64,000 bases of DNA from Spirochaetaceae bacterium (GTDB taxonomy: Bacteria; Spirochaetota; Spirochaetia; DSM-2461), in assembly GCA_051531975.1 (NCBI GenBank), contig JAOPTT010000017.1:32001-96000 (forward strand), written 5' to 3'. Below the pieces are notes generated by a model. It was not told the origin of the DNA and ran no database searches. It was given only the letters and a program-made list of their open reading frames with translations. Positions 48,329-58,438 of this stretch are shown in pieces. The position numbers and the translations under genes are program-made. The number at the start of each line of letters is the position of its first letter. The first letter of the stretch is position 1.

Positions 48329-49924
48329 CTATATTTTTTGGAATACCAAATAGTTAATATCCTTGAAAAGGTTATTCTTCTTTTCAAGCTTTGTTAACCA
48401 CTCAGTTTTTACCACATTTTCACACAAAGAATCATATATCTTATGGAAATTTAGAATGTGGGTTTTTACCCTTTTATTTGCATATGGAACAGTTGTTCCT
48501 GTCTTCATAATTAGTGGCCAGTCAGATGCTTGAGAAAGTAAAACTTCTCTTGCAGCTTGATTCAATGCTCGACGTTTAAGTCCAGTAGCATCAGGATATC
48601 TTACTGTTAATTCAACCATCTGATCTATAATTTTAAATAGATGTCTGTATATCCAGTCATTTGCACCGTCTAACCACACTTGGCTATAACCTTGTTCTCC
48701 CCAACTTGAATAGTGTGGAGTACAAAGTTGATTTTCAGGATAAGTTTCTAAATAATCTGTTGGAGTACAACAAGAAAATTTTTCGTTTTTATCAAGTGCT
48801 GTTAATAACTTTTCTAAGAACATTGGACCTTCAAACCACCAATGACCAAAAAGTTCCGCATCATAAGGGCACGTAAAAAGTGCAGGTCTATCAGTAAATA
48901 CACCTTGAACTTTTTTTAGCATCTTTTCACGGTTATATATAAAGTTTTCAACATGTTCGTTAACTTTTTGTTCAGCTTTTTTAGGGTTGTAATAATTTTT
49001 AGTTTCCGCCCCAGTTATTGAGAAATATTTAAAACCTGTATTTACTCGAACATCATCATCTTGTATATATGGTCTAATATAGTCTAGAGGTAAGTCAAAA
49101 CCGATATCTCTATAAAATTCTCTGTAAACAACATCACCAGGGTATCCATCTATAGGAGACCAGATATCTTTACAAGACTCTTTCTCTCTTGGAAATACAG
49201 ATACACCATTATTACAAGAAACAGGTGCAAAGACACCTTTTTCTGGAACTTGGTCACTATACATTACCCCATGTGCGGATGATATATAAAACTTAATACC
49301 AGACTCTTTTAGAAACTTTTCTAAACCTGGATAATAACCACATTCTGGTAACCATATCCCGTCAGGTCTTACAGAAAAGACACGTCTAAATGAATCAACT
49401 GCAGTAACAATCTGAGCTCGTACTACTTCTGGAAATTCTGAAAAGTTTGGTAAAAATGCATGGGTTGCAGCACTAGTAATTAATAGTAGATTACCTTTGT
49501 TAAAAAAGTATTTAAACCCTGTAGTTATATTTTTTTTATATAGATCTTTGAAGTCATTATAATTTTCAGTAAATAGCTTTAAATACATAACAGCCATTTT
49601 TTGCTCTTCAGGGTTAGTTCTAGTTCGAATAATCTCTTTTTCGGCTAGTTCTAACAGTGACTCTAAATGATCTAGGTAACGATTTTGTAAAAATGGATCT
49701 ATCAACATCTCAGTAAGTGTTGGAGAGAATGATATTGTTAACTTAAAATCAATATTTTTTGCTTCTAAGTTTCTAAAGGTTCTAAGAAGTGGTAAGTATG
49801 TTTCGCTTATTGCTTCAAATAACCATTTTTCTTCAAGGAATTTAGTATATTCAGGGTGTCTAACAAATGGTAAATGGGCGTGTAATACAAAAGATAGCAA
49901 ACCCTGGGAATTATCAACGTGCAT
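48329..49924 (-). CDS. GH57 1,4-alpha-glucan branching enzyme (DUF1957)
   Basis: 'HAHLPFVRHP', 'WLPECGY', 'PYDAELFGHWWFEGP', 'QASDWP'. Confidence 0.92.
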   Translation of the reverse strand: MHVDNSQGLLSFVLHAHLPFVRHPEYTKFLEEKWLFEAISETYLPLLRTFRNLEAKNIDFKLTISFSPTLTEMLIDPFLQNRYLDHLESLLELAEKEIIRTRTNPEEQKMAVMYLKLFTENYNDFKDLYKKNITTGFKYFFNKGNLLLITSAATHAFLPNFSEFPEVVRAQIVTAVDSFRRVFSVRPDGIWLPECGYYPGLEKFLKESGIKFYISSAHGVMYSDQVPEKGVFAPVSCNNGVSVFPREKESCKDIWSPIDGYPGDVVYREFYRDIGFDLPLDYIRPYIQDDDVRVNTGFKYFSITGAETKNYYNPKKAEQKVNEHVENFIYNREKMLKKVQGVFTDRPALFTCPYDAELFGHWWFEGPMFLEKLLTALDKNEKFSCCTPTDYLETYPENQLCTPHYSSWGEQGYSQVWLDGANDWIYRHLFKIIDQMVELTVRYPDATGLKRRALNQAAREVLLSQASDWPLIMKTGTTVPYANKRVKTHILNFHKIYDSLCENVVKTEWLTKLEKKNNLFKDINYLVFQKI

Positions 49925-50653
49925 TTACAGCTCCTCTTCTAAGTGGTCCATAGGTAAAATCCTATTTAAACTTCTACTTTTCTTTGTAACTACATCAATA
50001 TTTGAAAAACCACTTAATTCAACAATTTTCTTAGTTTTTTCATCATCATTTAAAATATAATTTACATGATCTCTCGATGTTTTTAATATACAACTTCTCT
50101 CAATTAAAATCTCTTTCATTTCTGAAGCAATATATAGTTCAACACAATAATATGACTGTTCATTAGGAAGGTTAACATATCTTCTCTTCTCTTTAGATTC
50201 TACTGCGATATCAAAAAAATCAACAATTGCATCTTTGTCATATTTAGGTTGAGTTAATTCAATTACTCTTAGAATATAAGAAACAGTTCCTAGAGAGTTC
50301 TTATATTTAAGACTTAAACTATCTTTAATATCCCATAGGATAAAACCCCAAGAATTGTCTCTAAGTAGGAAATGAAGCATATTATCATTATATCTACTAG
50401 GTAGAACCATCTCTTCGTCTACATCATAAGAAAGATCTAGCTCTTCATCTATTGTTACAGAATATTTTTTTGATTCAATTGAAACTGCAAGATTTAAAAG
50501 AGACTCTTTCTCTATTCTATCTTCATCCATTGCGTCGATAATTGAAGAAATTAAGTGTTTTCTACTCCAATCAGATTTAGATCTTATACCAATCTTTTTA
50601 GCAAGATTAACTAATACATCATCACCTAACAACTCTAAACGTTCTTCTGTCAT
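49925..50653 (-). CDS. DUF4912 domain protein
   Basis: 'LPSRYNDNMLHFLLRDNSWGFILWDI'; usual partner upstream of GH57 branching enzymes. Confidence 0.8.
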   Translation of the reverse strand: MTEERLELLGDDVLVNLAKKIGIRSKSDWSRKHLISSIIDAMDEDRIEKESLLNLAVSIESKKYSVTIDEELDLSYDVDEEMVLPSRYNDNMLHFLLRDNSWGFILWDIKDSLSLKYKNSLGTVSYILRVIELTQPKYDKDAIVDFFDIAVESKEKRRYVNLPNEQSYYCVELYIASEMKEILIERSCILKTSRDHVNYILNDDEKTKKIVELSGFSNIDVVTKKSRSLNRILPMDHLEEEL

Positions 50654-50734
50654 ATACCATCCTAAATCAAGGAATTAATTTTAATTACTTTTATGTAATG
50701 TTATGAAAATGAGGTAGCAGTGTCAAGTGTTGTT

Positions 50735-51580
50735 CTACAAGGGTTTAACGGCTTTTATTATAACAACATCACCAAAACCTAGGGGTTTAGCAAGTTTGTC
50801 TAGCAATATCTTTATATGTTTCGGGTAGCCACTATTTGCACAGAGACCTCCCCATGTTTTATGTCCATAAATTCTAAAATTATTTTGTACAAATATCTGC
50901 TTTAATGTTTTAACGGAGAATAAAATCATGTGATCAGGAATTGCGGAACGCCATCTATTTTTAAAAATTTTGGACTGCAGTCCACTGACATTTGGAGTTG
51001 TACAATAAACCACTCCTCCAGGTTTTAGTAGTTTAAAGATATGTTCAACAAAGGTATTAGGATCGTTTATATGTTCAATTACGTGGGATAAGTGGATAAC
51101 ATCTAAAGAGCCAACAGGTATTGGAGCATTGTCTAATATGCCCTTATATATATCTAATCCTCTTACACTATTTCCATAATCAACAGCACTTTCACAGACT
51201 TCTACACCAAATGTCTGCCAGCCTAACTTTTTCATATGTGATAAAAAAAGACCAGTTGCACAGCCGATGTCTAATATTTTTTTATTATCGGTTATACTGC
51301 TTGTTACATCAAACTTCATGTCTTTTAAACCTAATAACATTAAATTTAGAAACGAGTCTTCATTTTCTATTTCATAGCTAAAATAACTTTCATCATAACG
51401 TTCTTCAACATCCTCTGATATTGGTTGAGGGTTCTGATATATTAGGGAACAATTAGGGCACTGACTATAAAAAAAGCTTTCGAGATCCCAATGTTTTTCA
51501 TATTTGATACTTTGACACAATGGACAGGGTATCTCCCTTGATTTCTCTGTTTTGGGAGGTATAGTAGAAAATGTTTTCAC
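50735..51580 (-). CDS. Class I SAM-dependent methyltransferase with N-terminal CxxC-CxxC
   Basis: 'CPLC...CPNC', 'ILDIGCATG', 'HVIEH', 'LKPGG'. Confidence 0.88.
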   Translation of the reverse strand: MKTFSTIPPKTEKSREIPCPLCQSIKYEKHWDLESFFYSQCPNCSLIYQNPQPISEDVEERYDESYFSYEIENEDSFLNLMLLGLKDMKFDVTSSITDNKKILDIGCATGLFLSHMKKLGWQTFGVEVCESAVDYGNSVRGLDIYKGILDNAPIPVGSLDVIHLSHVIEHINDPNTFVEHIFKLLKPGGVVYCTTPNVSGLQSKIFKNRWRSAIPDHMILFSVKTLKQIFVQNNFRIYGHKTWGGLCANSGYPKHIKILLDKLAKPLGFGDVVIIKAVKPL

Positions 51581-52437
51581 TATTCAATGACCAAGGAGTA
51601 GGATTTTGAAGCTTCGTTACCTTCAATATCTCGAACTACAATTTCAACAAGACTTCGTCCTCTAGTTAAAAATGCTTCACCACCATAAAAAAGCTCATTC
51701 CCGGTTAAAAAATTATTTAGTGGTATATCTGTTTCCCCAGATAGATAAAGAATATTATCGATCTCTTTTATTGAGCTAAAGATACCACTGTGACGTTCAA
51801 AACCATCGATGAATATATTTATGCTAAATGGGGTAAACCTTTTAAAAACATCACCAATCTTTATTAGATCCCAGACATCAACATAAACTGTGTAATCATC
51901 TGTTGGAACAATTTTATTTCTTGTAAGTTTTATATTTTGATCTTTGTTTCTTAGATATACGGCATTTATTATTGGGCTTTTACCATCTTCTAAAAAAGGA
52001 AGTATTTGTTGAGGATTAATATAGGCATCTTTTTTATCATCATATACAGAAAAGATAAAATCATCATACTCTTTTTTAGAAATGCCTATCATTTCATCTT
52101 TGTTTATATGAGTTAAAAAATCGAAGTTTTCTGTGGAAGAAAAGTTTCTATAAATTGACTTAAACTCTCCTACATGCTCAACAACTAAAAGATTCCCTTC
52201 TTCACCGGAATAATTCAGATCACCAAACAAAAAACTATCCTGATAATATATAATTTCCCCATCAGTTAGTGGATATATAGCTTGATTTTCACTATTAAAC
52301 TTAATTCCATCTTGTACTGAATTATTATGAATTGAACCAAATAAAGATTCTAAGTAGTCTTTATTAGAAGGCCATTGATATGAAAATATAATAGAATGAA
52401 TCACAATTATCTGTAGAATAAGAATTAGATATCTCAT
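51580..52437 (-). CDS. Exported protein with a degenerate M23/LytM domain and Ig-like C-terminus
   Basis: 'YQWP', 'FG', 'DGEIIY', 'GNLLVVEH..FKSIY', 'INPQ..LP'; zinc ligands missing. Confidence 0.6.
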   Translation of the reverse strand: MRYLILILQIIVIHSIIFSYQWPSNKDYLESLFGSIHNNSVQDGIKFNSENQAIYPLTDGEIIYYQDSFLFGDLNYSGEEGNLLVVEHVGEFKSIYRNFSSTENFDFLTHINKDEMIGISKKEYDDFIFSVYDDKKDAYINPQQILPFLEDGKSPIINAVYLRNKDQNIKLTRNKIVPTDDYTVYVDVWDLIKIGDVFKRFTPFSINIFIDGFERHSGIFSSIKEIDNILYLSGETDIPLNNFLTGNELFYGGEAFLTRGRSLVEIVVRDIEGNEASKSYSLVIE

Positions 52438-52438
52438 A

Positions 52439-53509
52439 TTACTCCTTTATATCCAATTTAATAACTGAATTATCTATAACAACATATACTGAATGATCCA
52501 GAGCCTTTATGGAGACCCCATCTCCAACAAAACTTTTCTCTAATAGTACTCTGTGATCTGTAGTTACTAATTTTAGATTATTATAATTAACAGTGCCTGT
52601 ATGAATCATGTATATTTTAAGTGCTTCTAAATATTTTACATTTTTCAGTGGATAATCAGCTGCAATAAAACTGCTTTCTTTAGTTGAATAATCTACCACA
52701 TAAAAACCATCGCTGCCTTCAATAAAGATATTATTGTCATTGGAAGTAATAAATAATTTTGGACTTCTCCTTACTTCATCTTTCAAATTCATAGAAAATA
52801 TCGGTTTAAATTCAAGTTCTTTTCTCTGATAAAGTATAAACCTCTGGGGATCAAGTCCACTAACAATTGCGATACAGTTTCCATCGGTGGATATACTAGT
52901 TGAATAAATAACAGAGACTCTACTTCCCCCGACTTCGTATTCAAAAAATAGATCTCCAGTCTCATCTAAAACAACAAATTCACCTTTCATAAATCCAATA
53001 ACTAAGTCTTTTTCATTTGCATCTACTGTAGTTATTATGTAGTTAAAATTCTTTGTCCATCGTATTTCACCATAAACAATTTCACTTATACTTTTTCTAT
53101 CCCGACCTAAAATAAAAAGTCGATTATTAATACTAAATGGATAACCATCATCTTCTATTTTATATTTAGCAATCCCTTTAAGATTTGTATAGTTAAGAGT
53201 TTTCTCAGATCTTTTATAATTTATATAACCATCATCTAAAAGAGTTACACCGTCATGAATATCTATTCCCCATGCATTTTTTAAATCCGTCGAAAAATAT
53301 CCAGCCCTATCACCAAAAATATAAGGTATTTTTTCCCCAGGAAGAGATGTTAAAGTTCCACTTAATTCAATGGACTCATCGGAAAAATAACTTAGATTAT
53401 TTTGTAACTTTAAAGGGAATAGCAGAAAAAATAGAATAAACACTAGAGCTGCTAATATAATATTTTTTTTATCAGACATATTTCTCACTTTATGATGGAT
53501 GATTATCAT
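52439..53509 (-). CDS. Hypothetical membrane-anchored beta-rich (propeller-like) protein
   Basis: N-terminal TM; 'GGSRVSVIY', 'SGLDPQRF'; probable start near MSDKK. Confidence 0.55.
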   Translation of the reverse strand: MIIIHHKVRNMSDKKNIILAALVFILFFLLFPLKLQNNLSYFSDESIELSGTLTSLPGEKIPYIFGDRAGYFSTDLKNAWGIDIHDGVTLLDDGYINYKRSEKTLNYTNLKGIAKYKIEDDGYPFSINNRLFILGRDRKSISEIVYGEIRWTKNFNYIITTVDANEKDLVIGFMKGEFVVLDETGDLFFEYEVGGSRVSVIYSTSISTDGNCIAIVSGLDPQRFILYQRKELEFKPIFSMNLKDEVRRSPKLFITSNDNNIFIEGSDGFYVVDYSTKESSFIAADYPLKNVKYLEALKIYMIHTGTVNYNNLKLVTTDHRVLLEKSFVGDGVSIKALDHSVYVVIDNSVIKLDIKE

Positions 53510-53547
53510 CCTACACTAGCTAGAGGACATATGTCAAATATTTTGTT

Positions 53548-54366
53548 TCAGCGCGCTTCTTTTGCTTTTTTCTCTTGTGCAAACATATCTGATTTTAGTT
53601 TGGTCTTCCAAACATCAACCTTTTTCTGAACCTCATCCATATCTTTCTTTTTACCGATATATGAATATAGTCTTCTTAATGTGGCTAATATCAAAATTGC
53701 TTTTTTAAAATCTTCGAATTTTGAAGTAGTAAGCTCATATTTTAATCTATAATTATTTGCTGCATCATTTAGAGCTTTGATTGTCATTTCAATAAAATTT
53801 GTATGTAATTTATATACATCTCTATTTCTAGGATCTAACTCTTTTGCTATTATCTTAAAATCTATAGAGTTGTTTGATATTATTGCGTGTCTTCCCTCTA
53901 GATCAATAAATGATGTTTTCCATTTTGAGTTCTCACCAAAAGCATCTTTAACCATATTAATACTAAAGCCAAGTTTTTTAAGTAGATTATATTTAGACTC
54001 AATTGGATATGTTGCAAACTCCTGAAAGTTTTCTTTATAATCAGCATAGGCGGCATTTATTGCATCTCCAAAAACAGCTTCTAATAATATTAATGATTCA
54101 TAACAAGATTTTCTTGCTTCGTTTATAAAAAACTCATTTTTAATTCCTAAAAGATCTAGAGATAGTCTATTCATAATGCAGTATAAGGCGACACCTTTCA
54201 TTGTTTCATCTGCGATTAATATTCTCTTGTAAGAAGCTCCACTATCATCTCTTTGAAGAATAAGCTTCATCTGATTCACTTTTTTAATACTCTCTTCTAA
54301 AGATCTTTTATACTCAGAGATCTTCCCAGAATAGAGATGTTTTGCTTCTTTACTTACTTTTGCCAT
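53548..54366 (-). CDS. Hypothetical helical protein
   Basis: 272-aa ORF, co-oriented and closely spaced after recN. Confidence 0.6.
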   Translation of the reverse strand: MAKVSKEAKHLYSGKISEYKRSLEESIKKVNQMKLILQRDDSGASYKRILIADETMKGVALYCIMNRLSLDLLGIKNEFFINEARKSCYESLILLEAVFGDAINAAYADYKENFQEFATYPIESKYNLLKKLGFSINMVKDAFGENSKWKTSFIDLEGRHAIISNNSIDFKIIAKELDPRNRDVYKLHTNFIEMTIKALNDAANNYRLKYELTTSKFEDFKKAILILATLRRLYSYIGKKKDMDEVQKKVDVWKTKLKSDMFAQEKKAKEAR

Positions 54367-54372
54367 AACTGT

Positions 54373-56046
54373 TTAGCATGAACCAAGGAGTTCTCTAGCA
54401 TGATTTAATGATGCTTCGTTACACTCACCTGATAACATTCTTGCTATCTCCCTTACTCTTTCCTCACCCTCAAGCTTAATGACCTCAGTTTTTGTTTTTA
54501 AACCGTCAGTACTTTTAATTACTTGTAAATGGTTTTCTCCATAACTAGCAATACTTGCTAAGTGAGTAATACTTAAAATTTGTTTATTTTTTGACAATAA
54601 TTTTAGGTGGTCACCAATACTTAGTGCAACTTCACCACCTATTCCAGAATCAATTTCATCAAAAATTAAACATCCTACATTATCAACATCGGCTAATACA
54701 CTCTTTAAAGCAAGCATAATTCTAGAAATTTCTCCACCTGAAGCTATCTGTTTAACAGGTTTTAGTGGCTCTCCAGGGTTCATGGACATCATAAACTCAA
54801 TTTCATCCATACCCCAAGGACCACATGATGTTTTTCCACCATTGTCTTTTCTAGGCTCAATATTAACAATAAACCTTACATTTGGCAGACTTAATTGTTT
54901 AAGAAGACCTACAACCTTCTCTTCCATCTCCCTAGCAAAGAAGTTTCTTTTATTAGAAAGTTCTTTGGCTATTTCTAAAACTAAGTTTTGCTCATCTTTT
55001 ATTTTTGCTCTAAGATCATCTATAATTTTAGTACCAGAACCAATTTCTTCCAACTCTTTCTTTGCACTTATTACAAATTTTAAAACATCTTCAACATTTG
55101 TGCCATATTTCTTCTGAAGATTAAATATTTCAGTAAGTCTATCTTCTTTTTTTTGTAACAGTTCTGGAGAAAAGTCTGAATTTCTATGATAATCTCCTAG
55201 TGCTTCTGAAATATCATCTATTTCAAAATAACTATCTTTTATTCTCTTTAATAATGGTTCAAATGTATCATCAATACCCGATAAAGAATCTATGCTCAAA
55301 GATAACTCTTTTAGTTTAGCAACAACACCTTTATTTCCACTAACGATATTTAGAGATTCCCCTAATAAGGAGTTTATATTATCATTATTACGTAATAATT
55401 TAAGTTCACGATCAAGTTCTTCTTCTTCACCTATTATTAAACTTGCTTCTTCTATTTCTATTATCGATTTTTTTAAGGAAGAAATTTTCTCATCTTGGCT
55501 AACTTCACCTTCTTCAAATTCTGTTAGCTGTTTTCGTAACTGAGTTAGGTCTTGGAACTTATTATATAGAGTAATAACTTGCTCAGTTAAATGACCGTAT
55601 TTATCAAGTAGTTTTCTATGGTTAACTTTACTAAAAAGAGATTGATGTTCATGTTGGCCATGCATATCAAATAACAGAGCAGAGAATTCTTCAAGTTGAG
55701 AACGTGTAACTCCTTGATTTTCTATATATTGACTTCCCCGCCCAGAGTTTTTTATATTCCTCTTTATTAAAATCTGATTATCTTCGTAATTAATACCTGA
55801 TTCTAATAACCAGGTCTTAGCATCTGGATTATGTTCTAAATCGACTAAAGCTGATACTGACGCTTCATCACACCCTTGTCTGACATAACTTGGGCTAGCT
55901 TTTTTACCAAATATTAGGCCTAATGCACCAACTAACAGAGATTTACCAGCTCCAGTTTCTCCAGACAAGACATTTAATCCTTTTGAGAAAGTAACTTGTA
56001 TATCATCTATTAGCGCATAATTAGCAACACTTAACTCCTCAAGCAC
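54373..56046 (-). CDS. recN: DNA repair protein RecN
   Basis: 'SGETGAGKS', 'HGQHEHQ', 'ASGGEISRIMLALK', 'FDEIDSGIGG', 'ITHL'. Confidence 0.97.
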   Translation of the reverse strand: MLEELSVANYALIDDIQVTFSKGLNVLSGETGAGKSLLVGALGLIFGKKASPSYVRQGCDEASVSALVDLEHNPDAKTWLLESGINYEDNQILIKRNIKNSGRGSQYIENQGVTRSQLEEFSALLFDMHGQHEHQSLFSKVNHRKLLDKYGHLTEQVITLYNKFQDLTQLRKQLTEFEEGEVSQDEKISSLKKSIIEIEEASLIIGEEEELDRELKLLRNNDNINSLLGESLNIVSGNKGVVAKLKELSLSIDSLSGIDDTFEPLLKRIKDSYFEIDDISEALGDYHRNSDFSPELLQKKEDRLTEIFNLQKKYGTNVEDVLKFVISAKKELEEIGSGTKIIDDLRAKIKDEQNLVLEIAKELSNKRNFFAREMEEKVVGLLKQLSLPNVRFIVNIEPRKDNGGKTSCGPWGMDEIEFMMSMNPGEPLKPVKQIASGGEISRIMLALKSVLADVDNVGCLIFDEIDSGIGGEVALSIGDHLKLLSKNKQILSITHLASIASYGENHLQVIKSTDGLKTKTEVIKLEGEERVREIARMLSGECNEASLNHARELLGSC

Positions 56047-56887
56047 GAGGGCCTCCTGTCCATTTTAATTTTGTTCTTACAACATCAAAAAAGGATCTTT
56101 GGTCAGACATAATAATCTGAGCCTGTTTATGATACTCTGTAAATAGTACGGAGTCACCTTCTTCTAATGTAATACTTTCTTGTCCATCAACTGTTAAAAG
56201 CAGTTGTGACCTTTGATCTTTTTGTATTTTAACAGCAATAACTTCGCTACCACCAGTAACCATGGGTCTATTTGAAAGCGAATATGGACAAATTGGAGTT
56301 AATACTAAAGCATTCATTTCAGGATTAATGATAGGTCCTCCTGCAGCTAAAGAATATGCAGTAGAACCAGTTGGTGTAGAAATGATAATACCGTCTCCGT
56401 GTATCTCACCTATCTCTATATCAGAAAAATATACTTCTAATTCAACAATAGCTTTAATATTTTTAGAAGTTATTATTCCATCATTTACTCCGATAGTTTC
56501 AAATACCTCTTTACCATTTCTTATAACTCTTACATATAATAGTGTTCTACGACTAACTCTAAGTTGATCATTAATATATTTATCTATAGATTCCTTCCAT
56601 TCAGATATTAAAATTTCTGTTATAAATCCAACAGTACCTAAATTAATACCTAAAATAGGAGTTTGATAACCTCTTATTCTTCTTAGAGCATGGAGCACTG
56701 TGCCATCTCCACCTAGAGTTATTACCAGATCATATCCTATTATCTCTGATCTTTCTTTTTTCTCAGCATAAATAATATCACAATTAATATTTTTATCTAT
56801 GAAATATTGAGATATCTCGTCTTTAAGCGTGCATGAGTCACACTTTGTTCGATTTATATATAATAAGACTGATTTTAGCACTTTCAT
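56039..56887 (-). CDS. nadK: NAD kinase
   Basis: 'LGGDGT', 'GINLGTVGF', 'DGIIISTPTGSTAYSLAAGGPI'. Confidence 0.96.
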   Translation of the reverse strand: MKVLKSVLLYINRTKCDSCTLKDEISQYFIDKNINCDIIYAEKKERSEIIGYDLVITLGGDGTVLHALRRIRGYQTPILGINLGTVGFITEILISEWKESIDKYINDQLRVSRRTLLYVRVIRNGKEVFETIGVNDGIITSKNIKAIVELEVYFSDIEIGEIHGDGIIISTPTGSTAYSLAAGGPIINPEMNALVLTPICPYSLSNRPMVTGGSEVIAVKIQKDQRSQLLLTVDGQESITLEEGDSVLFTEYHKQAQIIMSDQRSFFDVVRTKLKWTGGPRA

Positions 56888-56906
56888 AACTTATAATATG
56901 GCGATT

Positions 56907-57905
56907 TTATGGCAATGTCGAGAGTATCTTGGAAATTAGTTTTATACTATCTTTTTTCATATTAAGTGATAATGGGAAAAGTAGAGTTCTATTACTCAAA
57001 GATTTTGCATTTGAACACTTTAAATTATTAATATTGTTGCAGATACATCCCTCATATCCTTTAATAGTTTCTACACCCTGACTTTTACAATATTTTTGAA
57101 CCTCTTTTAATGATTTTTTTAATACCACAGGAAAATAATTGTATGAATTACTTTCACTGTTATCAAATGTATAATAACCAGATTTTAATGTTGAATCTTT
57201 ATAGATTTCAATTATGGGATACCTTTTATCAAAAAAAATGTTTAAGTCAGATATTTGGGAATTCAAAAAAGAAGCGTTTAATCCAGACAAACATATATCT
57301 GGTCGTTTTTTCAAACGATTATCTAGTATACCAGAGAGTTCTTTTTTATTATGACTAATTAAAGCTCCACCCATAGAAGATAGTATATTTTCATCTTCAA
57401 AAGATATTATTGTATATGGACTGTTTCCTGTAATAGTTTCATTTTCAGAATCTCTTCCAATACCTGGAAGAAGAACTTCTAAAGTAGGAACATCAATTTC
57501 GCTTAACCCATCTATATCCGGTTTAATACAGTTAGAAAAAGTTGAAATTATAAGTATTGTATTCTCTGTAATATTATCTGTAATAGTTTTTATTTCTGGT
57601 AAACCACTCTCGGGTGCAACATCCACAACAACTGGAACAAAACCACAATTAATAATTGTTTCATAGAAATAATATGGAGAAAGAGCTGAAAGAATAATTT
57701 CACCCTTGGAGTTATCTGAAAATGTATTCAAGATTTCTATTAAGGCATGTTCTACCCCTCTATAAAAATGGATGTATTCATGATCAGTTATTTTTTTAAA
57801 TGATCTACTCAGCTCACCTATATAATCAACATTAGTATCGACTAAATAAGTTAAAACTGAGTCCATCTCTTTTCTTCTAACATATGTGCTATTTATTGGT
57901 ATCAA
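56907..57905 (-). CDS. DegT/DnrJ/EryC1/StrS-fold protein, apparently lacking PLP-binding residues
   Basis: Fold cues 'PVVVDV', 'ITENT', 'ISF....LSSMGGALI', 'LLFPL'; Schiff-base Lys and the EDAA Asp are not present. Confidence 0.6.
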   Translation of the reverse strand: MIPINSTYVRRKEMDSVLTYLVDTNVDYIGELSRSFKKITDHEYIHFYRGVEHALIEILNTFSDNSKGEIILSALSPYYFYETIINCGFVPVVVDVAPESGLPEIKTITDNITENTILIISTFSNCIKPDIDGLSEIDVPTLEVLLPGIGRDSENETITGNSPYTIISFEDENILSSMGGALISHNKKELSGILDNRLKKRPDICLSGLNASFLNSQISDLNIFFDKRYPIIEIYKDSTLKSGYYTFDNSESNSYNYFPVVLKKSLKEVQKYCKSQGVETIKGYEGCICNNINNLKCSNAKSLSNRTLLFPLSLNMKKDSIKLISKILSTLP

Positions 57906-58405
57906 AGATTACCTAAATCGATATTCTGTAATTCCCCACGACTAAATAGTCTTCGAGTATCTAATATAACTAAATATCCATCTTTTTCATTAACAACACC
58001 ATGTATATACTCACTACCAATACCTGATACTATTTGTGGTGGTGGTTGTATGTTTCTCTTATCTACAGTTACTACTTTTAATATCTTATCAATAATAATT
58101 CCAATATCCATATTATTTATATTAATTATAATAAAACCGCTTAGAAGTTTTTCTTCTTCGGTTAACTCTTTCTTTTCAAAATGAAATCGTTTCTGAAGAT
58201 TTATTACTGGAATAATAGCACCTCGAAGGTTAAATAAACCTTCTACATATATAGGGGCATTTGGAATTGGTCTTACATCCTCTATACCATTTATCTGCTT
58301 AACATCCATTATGTCTATACCGTATCTCTCTTTTCCTAGCTGAAAAGTAACAAGTTGTAGGGTATGATCTTCAACAACTTCTTTTTTACTTTGACCTAAT
58401 ATCAC
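57902..58405 (-). CDS. cheW: Chemotaxis coupling protein CheW
   Basis: 'QLVTFQLGKERYGIDIMDV', 'GLFNLRGAIIPVINL'. Confidence 0.95.
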   Translation of the reverse strand: MILGQSKKEVVEDHTLQLVTFQLGKERYGIDIMDVKQINGIEDVRPIPNAPIYVEGLFNLRGAIIPVINLQKRFHFEKKELTEEEKLLSGFIIININNMDIGIIIDKILKVVTVDKRNIQPPPQIVSGIGSEYIHGVVNEKDGYLVILDTRRLFSRGELQNIDLGNL

Positions 58406-58438
58406 AATAATCTCCTACACTTACTATTCTATAATATA

